This document shows positions 43,622 to 55,420 of a DNA stretch of 64,000 nt, piece by piece; the first letter of the stretch is position 1, and each line of letters opens with the position of its first letter. Source of the DNA: Flectonema sp. DT1601 (taxonomy: Eukaryota); the NCBI GenBank assembly GCA_964019425.1, contig OZ025796.1, positions 1,054,001-1,118,000 of the forward strand, in the 5' to 3' direction. The notes below the pieces were generated by a model that saw only the letters and a list, made by a program, of their open reading frames with translations, did not search any database and was not told the origin of the DNA. A program made the position numbers and the translations under genes.

Positions 43622-46600
43622 TCATCGATCCTTCCTGCGCTCCCACGTTGATGTCGGTGTTGGAGGACCTCTTGTAGGTTGGTCGTAGTGATCAATTTCT
43701 GTTATTAATATTTAATAATAAATTATCATCTCTCTCAAGTACACAAATAAAAACTACAAACCTATACCAGGAGGTGACAAAATTGAATTTGAATCCCTCC
43801 TCCCTGATATCTGACTGGAAGCGATACTCTGTTTGTTTATTATAAAAGGTGTTAAAAGTGATGAGCAAAGGGAGATAAGATTATTAACAAACACAAACCT
43901 CTTTTAAACTACTACGCCGACTAGGAAGAGGACTTTCATCGCGATATTCTGACTGAGGAAGAGTATGATTTCTATTCAATGCTGGGTACGAAGTACCTCT
44001 ATTAAGAATTGCTTCAACACCCGTTGGTGTCATAGGAGAAAGGTCAGAATCAGTATCATGAGATGCTTGTGAAGCCTGTGAAGCCCCTTCTTGAAGTGAC
44101 TGCAGTGATCTGACTGTAAACTCACCAGGACTGTGAGGACGAGGTTTTAAAAAGTTGTGATTCTCTTTTTCAGGAGGAAGAGGAACAGGTATATCTGGAA
44201 TACTAAAACTGTGTAAGACAGGACTATCACGAGATTGTGGTCCAGGAATACTTAAATTAGATTCATTAATGTCTTCACCTGAAGGAGGTTTATCTTTTTC
44301 AACAACCAGATCAAGAGCATTCAACATCGCCTCAACCATCTTTTCAATCGCTTCTACAGATCTCTGAGTGCATTCTGATTTCTCTTCCAATCTTGAGAGT
44401 CTCGATGATACTTCTGACATGTCTCTTCGTTCTCTTGTTCCAAATCTTGAAGACATCGGAGGAGGGTTCAGAGTGATATCGGGTAACTTATCCTTGTGAC
44501 GACTTGCCTTCCTTCTTATTGGACTGGAGTCCGCATCAGAGCCGTACGAAAGCTCTGATCCGTTTTTAACTTTTGATCCAGAAATGGTATCTCGAGTACT
44601 ACTGAGGTCGAGAACAAAAGGAGTATTTCCCTGAGAAATTGCATCCCCGATATGTGACTGTTCCGGTATAGAGTCTTGAGTCTGAACAGCGTCGTCGCCT
44701 TCGAATAAAACTGTCGGGGGGAGTAGTGTTAGTTCGACGCATCCTTCCATCTGGAAAACGTCCTCAACAAAATTAATCATCTGAACAGAGTCTACAGCAG
44801 TTGCGTCATCACCGTTACCGATGCTGACTAAATGCATTCCTTGACAGATACCTGAGCGAGCTGCTGCACTCTCATTTTCAACATGTTGAACAACATATCC
44901 AGAACCTCTTCCTTCATATGCCCAAGTGATTCCCAACTCATCATGCGGACCAAGGGAATCAAGTTTGAAAGCAGTCCCGTTTAGACTTTGCTGAATTTGC
45001 CGTTGGATCATTTCTTCCTGGACTGCGGCTCTGAGCTCTGGGTGTTTTCTTATTAAAAGAAAGAAATCCCCTTTATCTAATCTGAACAAATCACAGTACG
45101 TTAAAGTAGTTATTGATGCGGTTCTCTTTGAGTCTGTCAGTAGTGCTATCTCTCCAAAGAACCCACCTGGTTTTATTGTTCCCCACTTTTCACCTTCAGG
45201 TGATGTTACATCAGCGAACCCGTGACCCATGAAGAACATCTCCCTTCCTTCGTCTCCAGCTTTTATTATCCTGCTCTCTGGCTCAAGGACCAGACTCTTT
45301 AAAGCATTTGCTAACCCAACAAGACATTCAATCGGTTGCTCTTTAAACATCGGAACTTGACAAATAAATCTCATCCTCACAAACAACCCAACTCGATCTC
45401 TCATTACAGCAGGAAGGGTGTGAAGAACTTTCATAAAAGAACCTGAAACATCAGAGTGAAGTTGGTGATATTGAAATGCGAGGACTTCACAGGCTAGTTG
45501 TTCAGGGATTGAAAACTTCTTTAGAACAGAAAGAGTTTCTTTCATTTTATCAGTTCGATCAGATTCAACATCTCCTTTTTGCATTCTCGATGAGATTTTA
45601 CTGATAACGATACCGTGGATTACAACACCAGCAACAAATAGAACTGAAGCAAACAGTTTTTTTGCCTCTGTTTCAACAGGTATGTCACCATACCCAACTG
45701 ATGTCACTGTGTACAGAGTCCAATAGAGAGCAGTGATGTAAGAATATTGATCATCTGTAGATCCTCGAGGACCACCTCTATTGAGTAGTATCCATAAAAC
45801 TGTAATCATATTTACAGCGAGAGCGCAGTAGAATGTTAATCTCAACATTGGAACGATAGTGTATTGATAACTAACTGAGAATGGAGCCAGTTTCACAGGT
45901 GTAATAACCTGAAAGAAGTGACGTATTCCAACAAACTTAAACATTCTTAAGTGAGCTAACGATAACCAAATCCAACCGTCTGCGTAATCATTTCCTAATA
46001 TTAACATACAGAGGAGGTCTAGAGGCAATGCTGCTAGGAAATCGAATAAAAACCCATTTTTAAGATAATGCCAACGAACTCTACTTGGAGTATCAACCAA
46101 CATTCCGGTGTTTAAATCGAGATACGCGGTATTGAATCGAACAAAAATATCCAACACGAAGACGATCGATGTAATGATGTCGAGAACGAGGTGGCCAATC
46201 TCACCTGCGAGAAGAGTCTCTCTTTTCATAGAGTACTGGCAAGGTATGAATATTCCATAATATAAAACACATAATAATAAAAGTGTGTCCCAATACCACA
46301 TTGCCATATCATCAGGTTGGAAGATATGACTTCGCAATGCTTTATTTAAAGATTCTATTGTGTTTTCACTCTTTGCGAGTATTGTTCCATCTTGTCCTTT
46401 TCCACCAGGAGTATATTTAGACTGTCTCGGTGTTAATGGAGGATGAGAACCTTGAGATGATCTTTTTGAATTATCACTTTTACAGCTCGCTAATGGTTTT
46501 AAATTCTCTTCAGTTAATCGTCCAGATGCGCTTTTCGTACTTTTCTTTAAGAAACCCATATCCGATGATTCAGAAAACCCACTTGTTGCTCTTTGAGGTA

Positions 46601-46691
46601 ACTGAGTACTACCAGCGCTTAGACTTGACATTTTATCTAATTTATCAAGAGACCCCTCCGGTGGAGAGGTATTAATATTCCCAGTATCCAT
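43622..46691 (-). CDS. Cyclic-nucleotide-binding-domain K+ channel (KCNH/HCN/plant Shaker-like) with PDZ-like domain; paralog 1; introns 43829-43898 and 43699-~43767
   Basis: TM helices, pore YWTLYTVTSVGYGD, C-linker, CNBD FFGEIALL..KRTASI. Start at MDTG inferred; spliced 3' exons end WERRKDR*. Confidence 0.9.
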
Positions 46692-47321
46692 ATCAATACA
46701 CGATGTCGACGCTGTCGGTACCGTCAGGAGGGACGTCGATGACCTGCCGTGAGATGCGATTGTGCAGCAGGAGTGCCACAAAAGTGCGGCGCGATCTGTT
46801 GAAGGAGGGGGGTGAAAATATAAAATTCACAAATATTCGAATAATGACATAAAACAATTGTGATCTCAAGAAGGATGTAAACGGGGGGAATGAATAGATC
46901 GTGCCTGAGAATTCAAAACTAACACACAAAAAAAAAGTAAAAGGTGTAAATAAAAACAGAAGTCTCCAACAAGAAACAACACAACAGAGTTGTTTTCTCA
47001 AATATTAAGAACTATCTTTATCTGGTGACCATCACAACAGGAGAGTTACTCGGAACGGTTCGTAAGATTTGACAAAAGTCAATCAAAAGATATTCCGCAC
47101 AAAAACACAAAAAAAGTATTCACAACCAGCTGCCTTAAAAATATTTTTTTTTATTTTATTTTTTCCTTCGTTCTTCAGGTGTTTTAAATGAACGAGGCAG
47201 CAAGGGAAGAAAACGAACACAAATTGACACACGACAAGTATATTAATATGTTGTACAATAAAATGAACTGAACAACTACTCAACATCACCTCAATACTGA
47301 CATCACATTCCCTAATTAGAA

Positions 47322-50073
47322 TCACAACTGAACTTCAAACTCAGGTTGTGGTATATGTTGATCCTGCAGTGCTCTGATTTCTTCAACGTGTTTCATAAGA
47401 ACTGCACCTATTTTGTGTTTTTAGTTATCTTTTACGTTAATTGAGAAAACAAAAACTAACATACTTGGAGGTGGCATCAGAGGAGGTACAGGATCAAGAC
47501 TCCGCTCTACTAGAAACTCTGAAGCGCTACCAATGTCTTGTGTGTCAGCTAGTGAGGTTCCTTTACAAGGGATTTCTAAGTACTCAGTTGAGGCACTCTG
47601 TTTGGTTTGAATTTAAAATAATATTATCATCGAGGGAATGAGGGAGGTGATAAGAGTCATGACATACAAGCATGTGACTACCTTCATGGAAGTTATTAAA
47701 ATTGAATGCGTTTCCTAATCTGTTCGGGAGTGATGTGCGACGGTTTTTATTTTCCACATCCGAATGGTTTTTTTCAGGATTTTCATTCCTCTCAACAGAA
47801 AGGTCAAGTGAGTTCACAAGACTCCTAACGTACGCTTCAATACGGACAACAGACTGCGACATCGTTTCCGTTTTGAGTTCCAGTCTGCTGAGCCTGCAGG
47901 AGACATCAGCACTTGATGGAGATCTCGTTGACGTCATTTGTTTGAAACTCATTTTTTGATTCAAGTCGTTTACTTTAATATCCGGTAACTTAACACCAAA
48001 ACTCCCACGAGGTCCTACTGGCTGAGTTTGTCTCCTCCTTGGGCTTGGAGAAATATCAGACGACTGACTAACTTCATCATAAGAATGACAACCTTGAAGT
48101 GGTGATTGTAATGATCGAGGTGATAGTGGCGGGGATTCAATAGCCATCGGTTCTCTTAATGAATCGTCTTCATATCCAATCATTAAGTCAGGTGGTAAAA
48201 GTGTTAAACGAATGTGACCAATTTCTTGAAAAACTGTTTCCAAATAATCAATTTGATCATTTGAGTCGATCAAGTCGTCTTCAATCGCAACCAAATGCAT
48301 TCCCTGAACAATTCCAACTCGATAAGCAGCACCACTCTCTGCGATATCTGTTACTATAAATCTGTCTGAATATGTTCCCCATACAACACCAACAACATCC
48401 CCAGGTGAAGACTGTTCAAGGTGATACACACAGGATTCTCTGTTCTGTTGGACCTGTCGGTGAATCATTTCTTCACGAACAGCATTACGAAGTTCTGGGT
48501 GTTTGCGTATCAATTTAAAGAATTCATTCTTATCTAATCTGAATAAATCACAATACGTTAAAGTAGTTATTGAGGCTGTTCTCTGCGAGTCTGTCAGTAG
48601 TGCTATCTCTCCAAAGAACCCACCTGGTTTTATAATTCCCCACAGATGTCCGTCAGGTGCTGTCACATCAGCGAACCCGTGACCCATGAAGAACATCTCC
48701 CTTCCTTCGTCTCCAGCTTTTATTATCCTGCTCTCTGGCTCAAGGACCAGACTCTTTAAAGCATTTGCTAACCCAACAAGACATTCAATCGGTTGCTCTT
48801 TAAACATCGGAACTTGACAAATAAATCTCATCCTCACAAACAACCCAACTCGATCTCTCATTACAGCAGGAAGGGTGTGAAGAACTTTCATAAAAGAACC
48901 TGAAACATCAGAGTGAAGTTGGTGATATTGAAATGCGAGGACTTCACAGGCTAGTTGTTCAGGGATTGAAAACTTCTTTAGAACAGAAAGAGTTTCTTTC
49001 ATTTTATCAGTTCGATCAGATTCAACATCTCCTTTTTGCATTCTCGATGAGATTTTACTGATAACGATACCGTGGATTACAACACCAGCAACAAATAGAA
49101 CTGAAGCAAACATCTGTTTCTGTTGAGTATCAACAGGTATGTCACCATACCCTACTGATGTCACTGTGTACAGAGTCCAGTACAACGCTTTGATGTAAGG
49201 GTATTCACTTGTACTGATTCCTCTTGGTCCTTCCTTGTTGATTAGTATCCAACAAACTGTTATTAAATTTATCGCTAATGCACAATAAAATATCAACCTA
49301 ATTATAGGAACGACTGTATACTGATAACTAACTGAGTGTGGACCAAGTTTGACGGGTGTCACAACTTTGAATAATTTCGTTGTAGCTCTCAATTTAAATA
49401 ATCTTAAATGTGACAATGAAAACCAAACCCATCCATCGGCATAACCTTCTCCTAAGAATACCATCGTGAATGTGTCTAACGGACATGCTGCTAAGAAATC
49501 CCAAATAAAATCAGAATTAAGATACAACGATCTTATCTTACAAGGCTCATCAACAAGCTCTCCCGTCAGTTCATTTAACACAGCCGTATTAAATCCAAAA
49601 TAGATATCAATAATGTAAATAATACTACTTATCGATTCTATTATTATGTGACCGACTTCACTGCACACGAGATCTGTTCTTTTAATTGTGTACTGGACAG
49701 GTATAAATATAGAGTAATAAGCAATAGATATCAGGAGGATGGTATCCCAGTACCATTTATTCATATCGTCTGGTTGATATACGTCTGTTTGAAGTGCTTC
49801 TGACAGTCTTTTTATTGTTTCTGGAGTCTTTTCCAACACGGCGTATTGTCTGTATGTCTTTTCTGAAACTACTGATGAGCGATGTCGTTTGAGAATACTT
49901 CCTCTCCTACCTCCTCCAGGAGACAGATCGACGTCATCTCTGGGTGAACAAGTGTAGCTAATACAATCACTTTGAACTGTGTTGAACGATCCTTTTTTTT
50001 GTTCATAGGAATTACTTCCCAACCTCATTGGAGAAGGTGTTAATATACCGTTTTCTGACACATCTCCTGCCAT
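47322..50073 (-). CDS. Cyclic-nucleotide-binding-domain K+ channel with PDZ-like domain; paralog 2; introns 47598-47667 and 47408-47464
   Basis: Same pore (SVGYGD) and CNBD motifs; tandem paralog of the adjacent channel; spliced 3' exons end PEFEVQL*. Confidence 0.9.
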
Positions 50074-50381
50074 CTCTTTGGAATTGTTGTTGTTGATGTT
50101 GTTATTTCATAACAACTGGTCTACTCCTTCTTTTTGAGACAGAAAAATATAATTATTTCACACCGTAAAAATCACTATCAAAGTCAAACAAAATGTATTC
50201 CTAATAAGAATGATTAAAAGTATGTCTAATTTTCTCAATCTCGGGTATTACGAGTTATGAAATTCAGTACCAAAAAGTTGTGTAATTGTCGAAATGCTAT
50301 TTGTGAAAACAACGCATTCTATTTTATTGAAAGAAACATATCAAATGGGTAATATCAAAGATCAGATTGATTTCCTAAATA

Positions 50382-53300
50382 TTATACAAACGATGAATCA
50401 ATTGGGTCACTCATAGAAGCCACAAATGATTTCCTCTTCCATCCAACAGGAGCAGGTCTCGTGATATTAACAGTTAGTCCTTTAGACTCGTTGTTTCGTA
50501 TCTGTTTGTCTATTGTTTGGTTTGATTTAGTTTCACTCTCACACTCGCTTTCACTTACGAGGAGGAAGTTGTGGAAGAAGTGCATTTCAGTCAGTAGTTC
50601 TTCGATGAAAGCAGCTCAAAGAAGCAGCAAGAGGGGAATCGAAAACAGTATTGTCAGCAAGAGCGAGTCAGTTGTATTCCCATCCCGCGGAATAGAATCC
50701 CGACGGTCAGATGCGCACTACACTAATGTGTCATTGTCATCACGAGTTGCAGCAAAACAGGAACAGGAAACGTATGCAGCACAAGTTAGCAGCAGAAAGG
50801 TGTCAGTCTCGTCTTCTAATTATTCTGATCAAAACAAGAAGTTCACACGCAAATTGCCAAATTATTAGTTTTTGTCATCACGGAATTAGTTTTGAGGAAA
50901 GCAGCAAAAGAGGGGGAATCGAAAACAGTATTGTCAGCAGCGAGTCAGTTGTATTCCCATCCCGAGGAATAGAATCCCGACGGTCAGATGCGCACTACAC
51001 TAATGTGTCATTGTCATCATAAGGAGGAGGAAGTAGTTGCAGCTGGAAGAAGTGCATTTCAGTCTCGTCTTCTAATTATTCTGATCAAAACAAGAAGTTC
51101 ACACGCAAATTGCCAAATTATTAGTTTTTGTCATCACGGAATTAGTTTTGAGGAAAGCAGCAAAAGAGGGGAATCGAAAACAGTATTGTCAGCAGCGAGT
51201 CAGTTGTATTCCCATCCCGAGGAATAGAATCCCGACGGTCAGATGCGCACTACACTAATGTGTCATTGTCATCATAAGGAGGAGGAAGTAGTTGCAGCTG
51301 GAAGAAGTGCATTTCAGTCTCGTCTTCTAATTATTCTGATCAAAACAAGAAGTTCACACGCAAATTGCCAAATTATTAGTTTTTGTCATCACGGAATTAG
51401 TTTTGAGGAAAGCAGCTCGAAGAGGCAGCAAGAAAAGAAAGAGGGGAATCGAAAACAGTATTGTCAGCAAGAGCGAGTCAGTTGTATTCCCATCCCGCGG
51501 AATAGAATCCCGACGGTCAGATGCGCACTACACTAATGTGTCATTGTCATCACGAGTTGCAGCAAAACAGGAACAGGAAACGTACGCAGCACAAGTTAGC
51601 AGCAGAAAGGTGTCAGTCTCGTCTTCTAATTATTCTGATCAAAACAAGAAGTTCACACGCAAATTGCCAAATTATTAGTTTTTGTCATCACGGAATTAGT
51701 TTTGAGGAAAGCAGCTCGAAGAGGCAGCAAGAAAAGAAAAAGGGGAATCGAAAACAGTATTGTCAGCAAGAGCGAGTCAGTTGTATTCCCATCCCGCGGA
51801 ATAGAATCCCGACGGTCAGATGCGCACTACACTAATGTGTCATTGTCATCACGAGTTGCAGCAAAACAGGAACAGGAAACGTACGCAGCACAAGTTAGCA
51901 GCAGAAAGGTGTCAGTCTCGTCTTCTAATTATTCTGATCAAAACAAGAAGTTCACACGCAAATTGCCAAATTATTAGTTTTTGTCATCACGGAATTAGTT
52001 TTGAGGAAAGCAGCTCGAAGAGGCAGCAAGAAAAGAAAGAGGGGAATCGAAAACAGTATTGTCAGCAAGAGCGAGTCAGTTGTATTCCCATCCCGCGGAA
52101 TAGAATCCCGACGGTCAGATGCGCACTACACTAATGTGTCATTGTCATCACGAGTTGCAGCAAAACAGGAACAGGAAACGTACGCAGCACAAGTTAGCAG
52201 CAGAAAGGTGTCAGTCTCGTCTTCTAATTATTCTGATCAAAACAAGAAGTTCACACGCAAATTGCCAAATTATTAGTTTTTGTCATCACGGAATTAGTTT
52301 TGAGGAAAGCAGCTCGAAGAGGCAGCAAGAAAAGAAAAAGGGGAATCGAAAACAGTATTGTCAGCAAGAGCGAGTCAGTTGTATTCCCATCCCGCGGAAT
52401 AGAATCCCGACGGTCAGATGCGCACTACACTAATGTGTCATTGTCATCACGAGTTGCAGCAAAACAGGAACAGGAAACGTACGCAGCACAAGTTAGCAGC
52501 AGAAAGGTGTCAGTCTCGTCTTCTAATTATTCTGATCAAAACAAGAAGTTCACACGCAAATTGCCAAATTATTAGTTTTTGTCATCACGGAATTAGTTTT
52601 GAGGAAAGCAGCTCGAAGAGGCAGCAAGAAAAGAAAGAGGGGAATCGAAAACAGTATTGTCAGCAGCGAGTCAGTTGTATTCCCATCCCGCGGAATAGAA
52701 TCCCGACGGTCAGATGCGCACTACACTAATGTGTCATTGTCATCATAAGGAGGAGGAAGTAGTTGCAGCTGGAAGAAGTGCATTTCAGTCTCGTCTTCTA
52801 ATTATTCTGATCAAAACAAGAAGTTCACACGCAAATTGCCAAATTATTAGTTTTTGTCATCACGGAATTAGTTTTGAGGAAAGCAGCAAAAGAGGGGAAT
52901 CGAAAACAGTATTGTCAGCAGCGAGTCAGTTGTATTCCCATCCCGAGGAATAGAATCCCGACGGTCAGATGCGCACTACACTAATGTGTCATTGTCATCA
53001 TAAGGAGGAGGAAGTAGTTGCAGAAGAAGTGCATTTCAGTCTCGTCTTCTAATTATTCTGATCAAAACAAGAAGTTCACACGCAAATTGCCAAATTATTA
53101 GTTTTTGTCATCACGGAATTAGTTTTGAGGAAAGCAGCTCGAAGAGGCAGCAAGAAAAGAAAAAGGGGAATCGAAAACAGTATTGTCAGCAAGAGCGAGT
53201 CAGTTGTATTCCCATCCCGCGGAATAGAATCCCGACGGTCAGATGCGCACTACACTAATGTGTCATTGTCATCACGAGTTGCAGCAAAACAGGAACAGGA

Positions 53301-55170
53301 AACGTACGCAGCACAAGTTAGCAGCAGAAAGGTGTCAGTCTCGTCTTCTAATTATTCTGATCAAAACAAGAAGTTCACACGCAAATTGCCAAATTATTAG
53401 TTTTTGTCATCACGGAATTAGTTTTGAGGAAAGCAGCTCGAAGAGGCAGCAAGAAAAGAAAGAGGGGAATCGAAAACAGTTTTGTCAGCAAGAGCGAGTC
53501 AGTTGTATTCCCATCCCGCGGAATAGAATCCCGACGGTCAGATGCGCACTACACTAATGTGTCATTGTCATCATAAGGAGGAGGAAGTAGTTGCAGCTGG
53601 AAGAAGTGCATTTCAGTCTCGTCTTCTAATTATTCTGATCAAAACAAGAAGTTCACACGCAAATTGCCAAATTATTAGTTTTTGTCATCACGGAATCGGT
53701 TTTGAGGAAAACAGCTCGAAGAGACAGCAAGAAAAGAAAGAAGGGAATCGAAAACAGTATTGTTACTATCGAATGATAATAAAAGAAACACACCTGATCA
53801 CGTAGACTTGTAACATAAACCATCATTTTATTATGATTCTCATTCTTCTGTTTTGATATCGACTCCGAGTAATCTTGAACTTGTTGTTCCATTTCAAGTC
53901 GTCGTTGGTGACCAGCTTCGCGTTCTTTTCGTCTGCGGTCTTCCCGGAGTTTGAATTGTTTTTGAAGGTCTTCGTGTCGCATCTGACGAAGAGCTTCTCG
54001 CTTTGCGTGCATTGCGGTAAGCTGATTATTAAATCTTTTATCTATCTCTGACAGCTCTCGATGAGCTTTAGCCTCTGCTTCTTTATCTTGTAGTGATAAA
54101 GATGAAAGAAGAGTCCTGTCTTTGTTAAAAACAGATTCCCCAAAAGCAAGTAACTGCCTCTGTCTCTCTGCTACAGCAACCTTATCCTCGAGTCTTTGTC
54201 TCGTAGCGAGTTGTAATCGTCTGTCACATTCTGCTAGTCGGGTGTCTTCTTCTCTTTGAACTTGTTGGATGAGAGTTTCCTTTTCTTTTTTAGAAGCAGC
54301 GTTTATAGCTGCGGCGTCATCATGAGCTCTGCGGATTGCCAACTGTCGTAATTGATTTCTTCTTTGAATATTCTCAACTTCTGCCTGCAGTTGAATTCTA
54401 GCAATGGCATCTCGTTGTTTCTGATCAGCCGTGTGACTTGCTTTTTGATTTTGAATTTCAGTTAATTCGCTTCTCATACGTTGCCTTGCAATAATCTTTT
54501 CCTGTTTTTCTTGAAGTTTTGTCTCTTCATCTTGTGCCAACAAGGCGTCTTCAACTTGTTTTTGCGCCAAAGCGTATACTTTGTCAGCGTCTTTCTCTTG
54601 TTGTTTTCTCTCTTTGACTTCTTTGACTTGCATATCGAGATCCAGTCGGTGTTGTTTAGCTCTAATCATTTCTTCAGATCTTCGTTTTCTTATTTCATGA
54701 TCATAGTTTTTAACATCTTGTTTAATTTGACAAGCCCAGCCGTCTGATGTATTTTGTAGTAGTCTGGCCTTACGTGGATTCTGCATTGCAGTTGGCCAAA
54801 GATCAGAGAACACTGTGGTGAGGTTGGGATCAGCTGTTGGTTTTTGAACAATATTTGAGCGTGTTGGTCGAATATCTTTTTTATGAGTCAACGCCGTGTG
54901 TGGTCGATATGAAGGAGGTAGTGGGTTTAGTGTACCTTCATTCTGATGTTGTTTTGAGACGATCTCTCTCAGTGCTTTATGAGATGACTCAGCTGTCAGT
55001 GTCCCGCATTTACACAAATTATCAATCGATTCTCGTAGTGAATTTTTCATTATTTTTGTTAATCTAATTCCCGTCTTCTTTCGATGTTCTCGTGCCAGTT
55101 GACTCGTTAGCTTCTCTCGCATCACAACTCTCATCCGAGACCGTCTAGCATCGATACCATAGGGATTCAT
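50382..55170 (-). CDS. Coiled-coil (trichohyalin-like, possibly flagellar) protein; exon 53794-55170, 3.3-kb intron 50502-53793, last exon 50382-50501
   Basis: Charged helical ORF ends SLRDQ|GTGTGT. The A-rich acceptor ...CAATAGACAAACAG at 50502 gives phase-0 IRNNESK...SSFV*. Confidence 0.72.
50668..50743 (-). ncRNA. Box C/D snoRNA B (76 nt); 11 copies with left coordinates 50668, 50945, 51200, 51478, 51777, 52076, 52375, 52671, 52926, 53200, 53499
   Basis: RTGATGA...AGTGTAGTGCGC-AT-CTGA...ACAA-CTGA. The D' guide is antisense to the conserved SSU rRNA motif GCGC(A/G)CUACACU. Confidence 0.82.
50803..50881 (-). ncRNA. Box C/D snoRNA A (79 nt, double guide); 11 copies with left coordinates 50803, 51059, 51314, 51613, 51912, 52211, 52510, 52785, 53036, 53335, 53613
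   Basis: GTGATGA...GGCAATTTGCGT-GTGA(D')...TAATTAGAAGACGAG-A-CTGA(D). Guides are antisense to SSU GCGCAAAUU(G/A)CC and LSU CUCGUC(U/A)UCUAAUUA. The +5 rule lands on the equivalents of yeast 18S Am436 and 25S Gm2288. Confidence 0.9.
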
Positions 55171-55420
55171 ACTACTAACTCAGTATCATGTTGTGATAAG
55201 TATGTTCTGAAAAGTAACACTGCTGTTTAACGTCATTCGAAGTATTAATAAAAAAATCTCTAAACCGACTTTGTTGTTGTTAACTGTAGTAAAGTAATGA
55301 AATAATAATTCTTCAAAGTAATTTTTTTTTTTTTTTTTTAATACAAAAATAATCTGTCTGTAGGAATCAGTTTTGCATAACTTTCAATTTTTCTTTTTTT
55401 ATTTTTGAAAAACAACTTTG

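Larger units (their letters stand above)
50570..53765 (-). repeat. Tandem array, 11 units of 255-299 bp, each holding two box C/D snoRNAs
   Basis: Unit periods 277, 255, 278, 299, 299, 299, 296, 255, 274, 299; invariant cores with variable spacers. Confidence 0.95.

Noticed and set aside
50461..53805. Repeated + strand ORFs (MRTTLMCHCHH..., MRKAARR...) and a CRISPR-like appearance of the array
   Set aside because: ORFs are antisense to the snoRNAs and shift frame between units; spacers are not unique, there are no cas genes and the DNA is eukaryotic.
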